A stretch of DNA of 64,000 nucleotides from Lachnospiraceae bacterium (GCA_045531895.1 JAZSEW010000026.1:27492-91491); one strand, 5' to 3'; positions 46,941 to 59,170 are shown, counted from the first letter of the stretch. Program-made: numbers and translations. Notes: generated by a model from the letters alone, not told the origin.

Positions 46941-48146
46941 ATGAAACAGATAGTACTTCGAAAACGAAACATACTGTTATTACTGATTCCTTTGGGAATA
47001 TTACTTACAAACTGGGCAAAAAACAGTGCTAATATAACGGAGACGGTATTTGCCGGCGGAATTTATAAGGTGCTCTCCCAGGGAATGTCCCTGCTTACAG
47101 GGTGGATTCCGTTTTCACTGATGGAACTTATTATTATAGTGGGACCTTTGACGCTGCTGGGACTTATCATCCGGCAGATTGTATGTGTGGTTAAAGTAAA
47201 AAATCCGGTGTATGATATGTCGGAGAGCCGAAGGAAAACTATTGCAGTGAAAAGTGTCGGGGAACAGCGTTTTTTGCTGCTCATGACCATGATACAAAAC
47301 CTGCTCTGTTTGATTGCGGTGATTTTCTTTGGCTATGTGTTGCTCTGCGGAGTGAACTATCATCGGTATCCTGTGGCGTATCATCTGGAGCTTACGGTAG
47401 AAAATTCTTCGGTAGAGGAATTGGAAGGATTACTTATTGAACTGGCAGACAAGGCAGTGGAGCTTAGATCACAGCTTACCACGGAGAATGAACAGGGTGT
47501 TTATATGCTTCCGTTTTCAGAACGGAAGCTCGGAGAAGAAGCAAGGAAGGCATATAAGGCTTTTGCGGAGGAATATCCGGTGTTTGGCGGCTTGTATCCG
47601 GTACCAAAGCATGTGTTTTTTTCAAGGCTTATGTCTTACACAGAGATTACCGGTGTATTTACGCCATGGACAATGGAGGCAAATGTAAACATTGATATTT
47701 CTCCATATTCTATTGGAGCTACCATGTGCCATGAACTGGCACATTTACGGGGCTTCATGAGAGAAGATGAGGCGAATTACATTGCTTATCGTGCCTGTAT
47801 GGCATCAGATTCTTTGGATTTGCAGTACAGCGGAACCATGCTTGCTTTGATTCATACGGGAAATGCATTGTATGGCAGGGATGCCGAACGGTATTATGCT
47901 GTGTATCGGGAACATTACAGTGAGGCTGTAAACCGGGATCTGGTTGCCAATAATGAGTATTGGGATCAGTTTGAAAAGCCTGTGGCAGGAGATACAACGG
48001 TGGCGGATATTGCAGAAAAGGTGAATGATACCTATTTAAAGCTTAACGATCAGTCTGACGGAACCCAGAGCTACGGCAGAGTAGTGGATTTACTGCTGGC
48101 AGAATATAAACAAAGACAGAAGAGTGCAGGCGAAATGGTAAAATGA
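46941..48146 (+). CDS. DUF3810-like membrane-associated putative zinc metalloprotease
   Basis: N-terminal TMs and the motif CHELAHLRGFMREDEANYIAY (HExxH-like). Confidence 0.65.
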   Translation: MKQIVLRKRNILLLLIPLGILLTNWAKNSANITETVFAGGIYKVLSQGMSLLTGWIPFSLMELIIIVGPLTLLGLIIRQIVCVVKVKNPVYDMSESRRKTIAVKSVGEQRFLLLMTMIQNLLCLIAVIFFGYVLLCGVNYHRYPVAYHLELTVENSSVEELEGLLIELADKAVELRSQLTTENEQGVYMLPFSERKLGEEARKAYKAFAEEYPVFGGLYPVPKHVFFSRLMSYTEITGVFTPWTMEANVNIDISPYSIGATMCHELAHLRGFMREDEANYIAYRACMASDSLDLQYSGTMLALIHTGNALYGRDAERYYAVYREHYSEAVNRDLVANNEYWDQFEKPVAGDTTVADIAEKVNDTYLKLNDQSDGTQSYGRVVDLLLAEYKQRQKSAGEMVK

Positions 48147-48166
48147 TTTTATATTGTGAGAAAATG

Positions 48167-48197
48167 AAGGGAAAACGAAAGTTTTCCTTTTATTTTC
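48167..48197 (+). terminator. Rho-independent terminator after the DUF3810-like gene
   Basis: aagggaaaac / gttttccttt followed by tatttt. Confidence 0.8.
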
Positions 48198-48279
48198 CTG
48201 AAAGTTATGTTATGATAAAGGATATGATAGCCTGTCCATAATCTGCAGGCAAAAATCAAAGCTGAACAAGTAGAAAGGC

Positions 48280-49974
48280 ATGGAGAGAAACATGGCTGAA
48301 GAAATTAAAGACGATGTAAAAGAAGTAGTATCTAAAAATTTTATTGAAATGATTATTGAAAAGGATTTGGCAGAGGGTAAGCATACCCGGATTGTGACAC
48401 GTTTTCCACCGGAACCAAACGGCTATCTTCACATCGGACATGCAAAATCCATTTTATTAAACTATGGTCTGGCAAAGAAGTATGGAGGTAAGTTTAATCT
48501 CCGTTTTGATGATACCAATCCAACCAAGGAGAAAACAGAATTTGTTGAATCCATCAAGGCTGATGTAAAGTGGGTTGGCGGTGATTTTGAAGACAGACTG
48601 TTTTTCGCATCCGATTATTTTGATCAGATGTATGAGGCGGCTGTTAAACTAATTAAAAAGGGTAAGGCTTTTGTCTGCGACTTAACTGCCGAAGAAATTC
48701 GTGAATATCGCGGAGATTTTGAAAAGCCGGGTAAAAACAGCCCATACCGCGACAGAAGTGTGGAAGAAAATCTGGCTTTATTTGAGGCTATGAAGAATGG
48801 TGAATTTGAAGACGGTACGAAGGTACTCCGTGCAAAAATTGACATGGCTTCCCCGAATATCAACATGAGAGACCCGGTTATTTACCGTGTGGCAAGAATG
48901 ACTCACCATAATACCGGTGACAAGTGGTGCATTTACCCAATGTATGACTTTGCACATCCAATTGAGGACGCTATCGAAGGAGTAACCCACTCCATTTGTA
49001 CTCTGGAATTTGAAGACCACAGACCTTTGTATGACTGGGTAGTTAGAGAATTAGAGTATCCGAATCCGCCGCAGCAGATTGAATTTGCAAAGATGTATTT
49101 AACCAATGTTATTACCGGTAAGAGATACATTAAGCGTCTTGTAGAGGACGGCACCGTCGACGGCTGGGACGACCCTCGTCTGGTTTCCATTGCAGCCCTT
49201 CGCCGCCGTGGCTTTACGCCGGAATCCCTGCAGTTATTTATGGAACTTTGTGGTGTTTCTAAGGCGAACAGCTCCGTAGATTATGCAATGCTTGAGTACT
49301 GCATCCGCGAAGACTTAAAATTAAAGAAGAATCGTGTTATGGCTGTTCTTGACCCGGTTAAGCTTGTGATTGACAATTATCCGGAAGACCAAATAGAATA
49401 TCTGGATGCGCCGAATAACCTGGAAAATGAAGCTCTGGGTGAGAGAAAACTCCCATTTGGCAGAGAACTTTATATCGACCGTGATGACTTTATGATTGAA
49501 CCTCCGAAGAAGTATTTCCGTCTGTTCCCAGGCAACGAGGTTCGCTTAATGAATGCATACTTTGTTACCTGTACCGGTTATGAAACGGATGAAACAGGCA
49601 AAGTAACTGTGGTTCATTGCACCTATGATCCGGAAACCAAGAGCGGCTCCGGTTTTGAAGGCAGAAAAGTAAAGGGTACCATTCACTGGGTAGCAGCAAA
49701 GACGGCGGTTCCTTGTGAGGTTCGCCTATATGAAAATTTGGTGGATGAAGAAAAGGGTGTATACAACGAGGATGGAACGGTAAACTTAAATCCAAACTCC
49801 AGAACTATTTTAACCAATTGTTTTGTGGAGCCAAGTGTGGCAGATGCCAAGGCATACGAAAGCTTCCAGTTTTTACGTAACGGTTATTTCTGTGTGGATT
49901 GCAAAGATTCCACGCCGGAACATCTGGTATTTAACCGGATTGTTTCTATGAAGAGCTCTTACAAGCCACAGTAA
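48280..49974 (+). CDS. glnS: Glutamine--tRNA ligase
   Basis: Class I HIGH region [14 protein letters not shown], 564 aa, and a GlnRS-type anticodon-binding C-terminus. The ATG at 48292 is an alternative start. Confidence 0.93.
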   Translation: MERNMAEEIKDDVKEVVSKNFIEMIIEKDLAEGKHTRIVTRFPPEPNGYLHIGHAKSILLNYGLAKKYGGKFNLRFDDTNPTKEKTEFVESIKADVKWVGGDFEDRLFFASDYFDQMYEAAVKLIKKGKAFVCDLTAEEIREYRGDFEKPGKNSPYRDRSVEENLALFEAMKNGEFEDGTKVLRAKIDMASPNINMRDPVIYRVARMTHHNTGDKWCIYPMYDFAHPIEDAIEGVTHSICTLEFEDHRPLYDWVVRELEYPNPPQQIEFAKMYLTNVITGKRYIKRLVEDGTVDGWDDPRLVSIAALRRRGFTPESLQLFMELCGVSKANSSVDYAMLEYCIREDLKLKKNRVMAVLDPVKLVIDNYPEDQIEYLDAPNNLENEALGERKLPFGRELYIDRDDFMIEPPKKYFRLFPGNEVRLMNAYFVTCTGYETDETGKVTVVHCTYDPETKSGSGFEGRKVKGTIHWVAAKTAVPCEVRLYENLVDEEKGVYNEDGTVNLNPNSRTILTNCFVEPSVADAKAYESFQFLRNGYFCVDCKDSTPEHLVFNRIVSMKSSYKPQ

Positions 49975-49987
49975 AAGGAGGATTAGT

Positions 49988-50851
49988 ATGGCAAATATAT
50001 TTTCGGGTCTTGAGTCATTAGGACTTGGCAATCTGTCTGATATGCAGCTGTTTGAAAATGAAAAGAAGGAAAACGTGCAGAATGGGAGCAAGGCATCTGT
50101 AGAAATAAAGGAAGCTGACCTGATTTTTGATAAAACATTTCGTTGCAAAGTTTGTGACAAGGAATTTAAAACCAAAATGGTCCGTACCGGTAAAGCCAAA
50201 CTTGTATCGCAGGATAGTGATTTAAGACCTCGTTACCAGACGTTGGATCCACTAAAATATGATGCAGTAGTCTGTCCACATTGCGGCTTCGCTGCATTAA
50301 GCCGTTTCTTTAACTATATGACAGATGCTCAGGCAAGGCTTATAAAAGAGAATATTTCTTCAAACTTTAAGGGATTAAAGGAAAGTGAAGAAATCCTGAC
50401 TTATGATGAGGCAATTGTCCGTCATAAATTAGTTCTTGTGAATACTGTGGTAAAGCGGGCCAAGGCAAGTGAAAAGGCATATACCTGCTTAAAACTGGCA
50501 TGGCTGCTGCGTGGCAAGGCAGAAACTCTTCCGGAAGCTACGCCAAATCCGGCTGATGTAAAGAAGGAACTGGCAGAACAGGAAAAGGAATACATTGCAA
50601 ATGCCTATGAAGGTTTTATGGAGGCATTCTCTAAAGAGCAGTTTCCAATGTGCGGTATGGATGAAATCACTATGACTTATCTGGTTGCTGACCTTGGAAG
50701 ACAGGTTGGAAAATATGACGAAGCACTTCGTATGGTGGCACGTGTACTGATGTCCAAAAATGTTGGTGACAGAATTAAGCAGAAAACAATTGACCTGAAA
50801 GAATTAATCAGGGAAGAAAAGGCAAAGGCAGAAGGAAAAACGGAAGCATAA
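49988..50851 (+). CDS. DUF2225-like zinc-ribbon/TPR-like protein
   Basis: CKVCDKEF...DLRPRY...YDAVVCPHCGFA, then a helical C-terminal region. Confidence 0.65.
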   Translation: MANIFSGLESLGLGNLSDMQLFENEKKENVQNGSKASVEIKEADLIFDKTFRCKVCDKEFKTKMVRTGKAKLVSQDSDLRPRYQTLDPLKYDAVVCPHCGFAALSRFFNYMTDAQARLIKENISSNFKGLKESEEILTYDEAIVRHKLVLVNTVVKRAKASEKAYTCLKLAWLLRGKAETLPEATPNPADVKKELAEQEKEYIANAYEGFMEAFSKEQFPMCGMDEITMTYLVADLGRQVGKYDEALRMVARVLMSKNVGDRIKQKTIDLKELIREEKAKAEGKTEA

Positions 50852-50867
50852 GAGTAAGAATAACGAG

Positions 50868-50905
50868 AGGTGACGTTTGCAACTTGTGGCGTCACCTTCT
50901 TTTGT
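50868..50905 (+). terminator. Rho-independent terminator after the DUF2225-like gene
   Basis: aggtgacg / cgtcacct followed by tcttttgtg. Confidence 0.8.
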
Positions 50906-50946
50906 GATAATGTGTTAAGTTTCACAGTACGCGAAAGGAGATTGAA

Positions 50947-51684
50947 ATGAAAGAACAGTTATATACAATTCCTGTAAATGAAGCGTTTGCACTGGACTGT
51001 GAGTGTCCTGTTTGTGCCATGCATCATAAATTAAAGGAGGATGCCCTGGATTTTACGTTGGGACCGAGTTACATGGAAGATGATATCCGTATGGTGACCG
51101 ATAAGGTGGGATTTTGTAAGGAGCATGTTCAGGAGTTATATAATAAGCAGAACCGTTTGGGGCTTGCGCTGATGTTAAAAACCCATGCAGATAAAACAAT
51201 TCGGGATACATCAAAACTGATGAAAAATTATAAGCCGGCAAAACCCGGTTTGTTTAAAAAAGATACAGAGACAAATCCATTGCTTTCTTATTTGGAAGAA
51301 ATAGAACATAGTTGTTTCGTATGTAATAAAATTGACGGTGTATTTGAACGTTACATTGTTACCATTTTCTTTTTGTATGAAAAAGAATCTGATTTTAGAA
51401 ATATCGTGGATAATTGCAAAGGGTTCTGCTCACGGCACTATGCATTGCTCCTTCGGGAAGCACCAAAGCAGCTTTCCGGAAAGTATGTGGAAGATTTTAC
51501 GAATGCGCTGCATAAATCTTATATAAAAGGTATGGAGCGGGTTAGAGATGATTTGTCCTGGTTTATTGATAAATTTGATTATCGGTTTACCAATGAACCA
51601 TGGAAAAATTCTAAAGATTCCTTGCAGCGTATGATGATGAAGCAGAATAGTCTGGAATATTTTCCGGATGAAAGAAAAAAATAA
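50947..51684 (+). CDS. Cys-rich hypothetical protein (DUF6062-like)
   Basis: Paired Cys motifs CECPVC, FCKEH, CFVCNK and CKGFCSRH; 245 aa. The family name is from memory and unverified. Confidence 0.5.
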   Translation: MKEQLYTIPVNEAFALDCECPVCAMHHKLKEDALDFTLGPSYMEDDIRMVTDKVGFCKEHVQELYNKQNRLGLALMLKTHADKTIRDTSKLMKNYKPAKPGLFKKDTETNPLLSYLEEIEHSCFVCNKIDGVFERYIVTIFFLYEKESDFRNIVDNCKGFCSRHYALLLREAPKQLSGKYVEDFTNALHKSYIKGMERVRDDLSWFIDKFDYRFTNEPWKNSKDSLQRMMMKQNSLEYFPDERKK

Positions 51685-51764
51685 AAAAAGAATAAAATCA
51701 CATAAAATAGGTCAAAAGCCCTATTTTATATTGCGCGAGTTGTGATAATATAAATATATCGATT

Positions 51765-51791
51765 TTAGCACTCGAACTCGAAGAGTGCTAA
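51765..51791. promoter_or_regulatory. CIRCE operator (HrcA binding site) upstream of groES
   Basis: TTAGCACTC-gaactcgaa-GAGTGCTAA is a perfect match to the TTAGCACTC-N9-GAGTGCTAA consensus. It lies 45 nt upstream of the groES ATG. Confidence 0.92.
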
Positions 51792-51835
51792 TAAAATAAA
51801 AGAGATGATAGTACTGATAAAGGAGGATTTGTAAC

Positions 51836-52129
51836 ATGAAATTAGTACCATTAGGAGATAAGGTAGTATTAAAACAGTTATTGGCAGAAGAAACTACAAA
51901 GTCCGGTATTGTTTTACCGGGTCAGGCAAAGGAAAAGCCACAGCAGGCAGAGGTTATCGCTGTAGGTCCCGGCGGTGTGGTAGATGGTAAGGAAGTTACT
52001 ATGCAGGTTAAGGTTGGTGACAAGGTTATTTATTCCAAGTATGCCGGCACAGATGTAAAGCTTGGTGATGATGAATATATCGTAGTTAAGCAGAATGATA
52101 TTGTTGCAATTGTTGAAGAGTATGCGTAA
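51836..52129 (+). CDS. groES: Co-chaperonin GroES
   Basis: 97 aa; MKLVPLGDKVVLK...GIVLP...AEVIAVGPG. Confidence 0.95.
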   Translation: MKLVPLGDKVVLKQLLAEETTKSGIVLPGQAKEKPQQAEVIAVGPGGVVDGKEVTMQVKVGDKVIYSKYAGTDVKLGDDEYIVVKQNDIVAIVEEYA

Positions 52130-52249
52130 AGGGCGGAATTGATAGCATTACAGTTTTTTATGTGAGCTTGCTTACAATAAGAACTGTAATGTTATCGATG
52201 GAGTGAAGCGACTGAGGAAAAACGAAGTTTTTTCGAAGACGCCCTTTAC
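52126..52249 (+). other. Structured groES-groEL intergenic element (nested hairpins)
   Basis: gtaaagggcg (52126-52135, overlapping the groES stop) is the exact complement of cgccctttac (52240-52249). Inside it, gatagcattacagtt (52141-52155) pairs with aactgtaatgttatc (52182-52196) over 15 contiguous pairs, one of them G-U. Confidence 0.6.
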
Positions 52250-52263
52250 ACAAAAAAATTTAG

Positions 52264-53895
<1,632 letters not shown>

Positions 53896-53921
53896 TTCAA
53901 TTGAATTAAGCATAGGTTACG

Positions 53922-53954
53922 AAGGGTCATGGTATCTGAGATTCCATGACCCTT
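53922..53954 (+). terminator. Hairpin just after groEL (possible terminator; no T-run)
   Basis: aagggtcatgg / ccatgaccctt, an 11-bp perfect stem with an 11-nt loop. It is followed by aaatgt, so intrinsic termination is uncertain. Confidence 0.45.
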
Positions 53955-53964
53955 AAATGTATTC

Positions 53965-54360
53965 TTCCGCACACATTTTTCTTTTCCGACTCAGCTGTTT
54001 TCCTCGGGGGCTTGCCGATGCAGCTTTCTTTTACGAGGACTATGTCTGCTACTTGGTGCTTTGCAAAAACTCGTCATCGGGTGGGAAGATTTTTTGATAT
54101 TTGGCTTGTTCAAAACATCCTGTGGATGTAATTCTAAGAAAAAGTCATGGTCTGTCAGACACAAGGTGTCCACAGACCATGAAACTTTTTCTTAAAGGCG
54201 CCTGAGCGCCTTTTGAACAATCCAAATGCCAAATGAAGTAAATGCTACACCCTCTGCCTCAAACAGTTTGCATAACACCAGACGCATCCATATCGTAACG
54301 AAAGCAGCACCGGAGCCACTGGGAAAACACTGAACGTCGGTGCAAGAAAAGTGGTGCGAA
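53965..54360. repeat. Large imperfect inverted repeat (arms ~150 nt) around a 26-bp central hairpin
   Basis: The central hairpin is 54135-54194. Arm blocks are complementary: 54099-54115 with 54211-54227, 54015-54036 with 54293-54313, 53986-54003 with 54322-54340, and 53965-53983 with 54344-54360. Confidence 0.8.
54194..54214. terminator. Small bidirectional terminator-like hairpin inside the post-groEL palindrome
   Basis: aaaggcgc-ctga-gcgcctttt; A-run / GC stem / T-run symmetry. Confidence 0.5.
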
Positions 54361-54395
54361 AAGCTATGTTACAGAGATACAAATTGGGATTAGTA

Positions 54396-54743
54396 TTAAG
54401 CAGGAAAACTTCTAAAATAGATTATATTCCTATCAGGGTCATAAAAACTCATGTTAACAGCACCCCAAGGACGCGGAGTAGGTTTTTCAATAATTTCAAC
54501 GCCCATCGCAAGTAATTTATGGTATTCCACATCAATATTATTTACAGTAAAGGACAAACTAATATTTTGATTGTTGTTATTCTTATGTAAGCCATCATTA
54601 TATATCGTAAATTGTGTTTCTTCACATATTAGTATCTGGTGTATTTCATCGTCACTACCATTATCTATTTCTAATATTTGTTTATAAAAATTTGCAAGCC
54701 TTGATACATCGTTTGTGTTTAGACACACTTCGCCAATTTTCAT
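54396..54743 (-). CDS. VOC-family (glyoxalase/bleomycin-resistance fold) protein
   Basis: 115 aa. MKIGEVCLNTNDVSRLANFYKQIL... and C-terminal ...PWGAVNMSFYDPDRNIIYF are typical of the family. The gene is visibly more AT-rich than its neighbours. Confidence 0.7.
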   Translation of the reverse strand: MKIGEVCLNTNDVSRLANFYKQILEIDNGSDDEIHQILICEETQFTIYNDGLHKNNNNQNISLSFTVNNIDVEYHKLLAMGVEIIEKPTPRPWGAVNMSFYDPDRNIIYFRSFPA

Positions 54744-54773
54744 ATATACCTCCGTAAGTACATATTTTCTCTA

Positions 54774-55439
54774 CTACACCAATCTAAAATGTTCCGCCAA
54801 TCTGGCACAAACTTCTTCCCTGGTATCTCTGTCGCCATCTTCCCGCACCAGTGTAAAGAATCCACTATTTAAAAATTCCTCATAATGTTCCTTGCTGTTA
54901 ATGCGTGCCAGACCTTTCCGGTAATTTTCCATTACTTCCCCGGAATTTTCACAACTATCAATAACACTAAGAATAAATTGCTTTTCCGGGTCGTTACGGT
55001 CAAAAAAGCGCTCTACACTCATGCTCTGCGGCGAGAGCATCACTGCTACATGCTGATAATCAGAAATCTCTTTTAAGATACCCAGTGGAATGTTGGTGTC
55101 AACAATTACTTTTTTGTCACGGGAAAGAGAAATCAGTTCTGCAATCTCAAACCCGGCGGCTTCTATTCCTGTGCCGTAAATCCAGCGCTCGTATTCCTCC
55201 GGAGTACGGGTGACAAACTCCTTGAAATCGTTCAGATTTTTTATGTAGCACAAATCCGGCTGGATGGCAGGGTCAGCCACTATATCGGTAACTTCGGTAA
55301 AATAATTTTCACCGCAGAATACCATATCATATTTTTCTGCCAGCATTGTCACCATAGTGGATTTTCCTGCATAAGCAGTGCCGGTAATGAAATAAACATT
55401 ACGCAGATAATGCTTTAAAATATTATTTTCTATTTTCAT
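54774..55439 (-). CDS. P-loop NTPase (kinase-like, uncharacterised)
   Basis: Walker A GTAYAGKST near the N-terminus. The start is at MKIENNIL, preceded by the RBS gaaagga. Confidence 0.55.
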   Translation of the reverse strand: MKIENNILKHYLRNVYFITGTAYAGKSTMVTMLAEKYDMVFCGENYFTEVTDIVADPAIQPDLCYIKNLNDFKEFVTRTPEEYERWIYGTGIEAAGFEIAELISLSRDKKVIVDTNIPLGILKEISDYQHVAVMLSPQSMSVERFFDRNDPEKQFILSVIDSCENSGEVMENYRKGLARINSKEHYEEFLNSGFFTLVREDGDRDTREEVCARLAEHFRLV

Positions 55440-55567
55440 AGCAGTTCCTTTCTCAATCAAGAAGCTGAAGCGCAGATAATATTTTTTATAAAAAGTATAT
55501 CACAGTTTGAATGTTTTGAAAATGAAAATCTTATTTTTTGCTTTGTGAAAAGAAATAATCAAACATA

Positions 55568-55597
55568 TTGCAAAAATATACGGAAGTGTAGTACAAT
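55568..55597 (+). promoter_or_regulatory. Possible promoter for the PAS-GGDEF gene
   Basis: TTGCAA, 18 nt, TACAAT. Confidence 0.4.
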
Positions 55598-55659
55598 ATA
55601 ACCTGGAGAAGTTTGAATATGACAGTTACTTGTAAATGGATATAAGTGTAAGGAGAATA

Positions 55660-56973
55660 ATGGGGATGAAAGCAACAGAAAAAGGATTATTAGAAACCGC
55701 GTTTCAGATGCTGTTACAGGCTTCGTCAGATATGATATTTGTAAAGGATGCCAACCTGGTATATCAGGCAGCGTCCATGTCTTTTGTTTCAATGGTCGGG
55801 AAAGCATCGGCAGAAGAAATTATCGGACATACGGATAGTGAGATTTTTAAGGATCCGCAGTTGGCAAAGCGTTATGAACGAGATGACAGAAAATTGATGG
55901 AGACGCAAAAGGACTTGCTGAATTTTGTGGAGCCGATTCCTGATGTAGATGGGCAATCCAGATACGGTTTTACAACAAAGTGCCTGGTAAGAGATGAAAA
56001 AGGCCGGGTTATCGGAATTCTTGGCATTACAAAAGATATTACCTTGGAATATTTTGCACGGCAAAGGTATCAGCAGGAACTCAGATATTTGTTTGGGCTT
56101 CCGGAGGATACTTATGCAGTATGTTACATAGATGTGGATGACTGGCGTATTATTAAACAAAAGCGTCAGCTGATAGCAGGAGGTACGTTGCAGGAGTGTC
56201 AGACGGTGGAGGAAATATGCAGTTATGCAGTGGAATCTATTGCAAATCAGAATAATCCGGCGGTAGAATTTTATTCCGGCTTTGAACCAACCGTGCTGTG
56301 GCAGATATATACCGACGGAAGAAGTAATATTACTTTTGAGTATGAGCGTAGACTGTCTAACGGTTCTGCCAGATGGGTGCGTAATGAGGTACATTTTTTG
56401 TCGGATGTGGATAGCGGGCATTTATGCGTTATGCTGTCGGCAAAGGATATTCATGAAAGCAAGCTGGAAGAACAAAAAATTATTGATGCGGCAAGGCTGG
56501 ATCGGATGACAAAGGTATTTAACCGTGAAACGGCAATGGAATACATCCGGAGGATATTGGAAAAGGAACCGAACCACCAGCATGCGTTATTTATGCTGGA
56601 TATTGACAATTTTAAAGCATTAAATGATACTCTGGGGCATCAGGCAGGGGATGAGTTTTTGATACACCTGGCAAGTAGGCTAAAGGATGCATTCAGAGAC
56701 AGTGATGTGGTAGGACGAATCGGCGGAGATGAATTTTTCATCTTTTTACGAAATATACCTGAAATAAAGCAGATTGAAAAACGGGCAGGGGATGTTCTGG
56801 ATGTTGTAGCTTCCCTTGCAAAAGGATATTTGAATCTGGATTTGAGCGGAAGCATTGGAATAAGTCTTTATCCGAAGCATGGTGAAACACTGGACGATTT
56901 ATATACAAGGGCGGATGAGGCCTTGTATATTGCAAAGAATCTGGGGAAAAACCGGTATATATTTGCAAAATAG
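55660..56973 (+). CDS. Cytoplasmic PAS-PAS-GGDEF diguanylate cyclase
   Basis: DRMTKVFNRE...LDIDNFKALNDTLGHQAGD...RIGGDEFFIF...SIG...ADEALYIAKNLGKN, with two PAS-like regions upstream. Start candidates are 55636, 55660 and 55666; an RBS (aggag) lies at 55651. Confidence 0.85.
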   Translation: MGMKATEKGLLETAFQMLLQASSDMIFVKDANLVYQAASMSFVSMVGKASAEEIIGHTDSEIFKDPQLAKRYERDDRKLMETQKDLLNFVEPIPDVDGQSRYGFTTKCLVRDEKGRVIGILGITKDITLEYFARQRYQQELRYLFGLPEDTYAVCYIDVDDWRIIKQKRQLIAGGTLQECQTVEEICSYAVESIANQNNPAVEFYSGFEPTVLWQIYTDGRSNITFEYERRLSNGSARWVRNEVHFLSDVDSGHLCVMLSAKDIHESKLEEQKIIDAARLDRMTKVFNRETAMEYIRRILEKEPNHQHALFMLDIDNFKALNDTLGHQAGDEFLIHLASRLKDAFRDSDVVGRIGGDEFFIFLRNIPEIKQIEKRAGDVLDVVASLAKGYLNLDLSGSIGISLYPKHGETLDDLYTRADEALYIAKNLGKNRYIFAK

Positions 56974-57112
56974 TACTGCAAAATTTCTTAAAATTTTATA
57001 TACTCCCGATTGAAAAGCGGAAAGTTTTTTTATATACTGTAAAGTAAGATGTTTTTTTGAATAATATCGGAAAAACAACAAAAGTTTATATAACATGTAG
57101 GAGGATTACATA

Positions 57113-57616
57113 ATGGACGGCTTATATGCGGAAGCAAGAGCAAAGAAAAAAGTTACAATGAAGGATAACCTGATTAAATTCGGTCTGGTTGCAGGAATGG
57201 TTATATTCTTCGGATTGGGATTTCTTTCCTTTAATGTGGTATTGTTAATTATCGGCCTGGTGTTTGTTGGTCTTGGTTATTATTTCCTGCCAAGACTGGC
57301 AACGGAATACGAATATGTATTCTGTGACGGACAGGTGGATTTTGACAAAATCAACGGTGGTGTAAAGCGTAAGACAGTACTCCGTGTGGATTTTGAAAAG
57401 CTTGTGGTAATTGCGCCAAAGAACTCTCATGCACTGGACGGATACCGTCATAACGGTGTGGCAGTAAGGGATTTTTCCAGCCTGGAAGAGAATGCAAAGG
57501 TATATGGTATGGTAATTACCGGCGGAGAGCAGAATACCATGATTTATTTCGAACCAAATGAAAAGATGCTTGCAGCTATGAAGCAGAAGGCTCCTAGAAA
57601 AATCATGGACTATTAA
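57113..57616 (+). CDS. Hypothetical two-TM membrane protein
   Basis: 167 aa. An RBS (aggagga) lies upstream. Two adjacent TM helices are followed by a soluble C-terminal domain. Confidence 0.55.
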   Translation: MDGLYAEARAKKKVTMKDNLIKFGLVAGMVIFFGLGFLSFNVVLLIIGLVFVGLGYYFLPRLATEYEYVFCDGQVDFDKINGGVKRKTVLRVDFEKLVVIAPKNSHALDGYRHNGVAVRDFSSLEENAKVYGMVITGGEQNTMIYFEPNEKMLAAMKQKAPRKIMDY

Positions 57617-57629
57617 TGCAAATCGCCTA

Positions 57630-57658
57630 TTGACATTTTTCAGAAAACACAGTATACT
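57630..57658 (+). promoter_or_regulatory. Sigma-A-type promoter for guaB
   Basis: TTGACA, 17 nt, TATACT. Confidence 0.6.
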
Positions 57659-57712
57659 TTTTAAAATCTTTTTAACAATTAACTATTCACCACTAGCGAA
57701 AGAGAGGAGTAA

Positions 57713-59170
<1,458 letters not shown>

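Noticed and set aside
48147-48279. Possible T-box leader upstream of glnS
   Set aside because: The gap is only ~130 nt, most of it taken by the upstream terminator. There is no T-box consensus (AAUUAGGGUGGUACCGCG-like) and no specifier/antiterminator architecture.
51731-51760. groES promoter (TTGCGC ... TATATC, 18-nt spacing)
   Set aside because: Both hexamers match poorly and several alternative alignments are possible. Only the CIRCE operator is reported.
53946-54173. 61-aa (+) and 60-aa (-) ORFs inside the post-groEL palindrome
   Set aside because: Neither has an RBS. Both sit within mutually complementary arms, and their translations look like non-coding sequence. The region is better explained as a structured, non-coding element.
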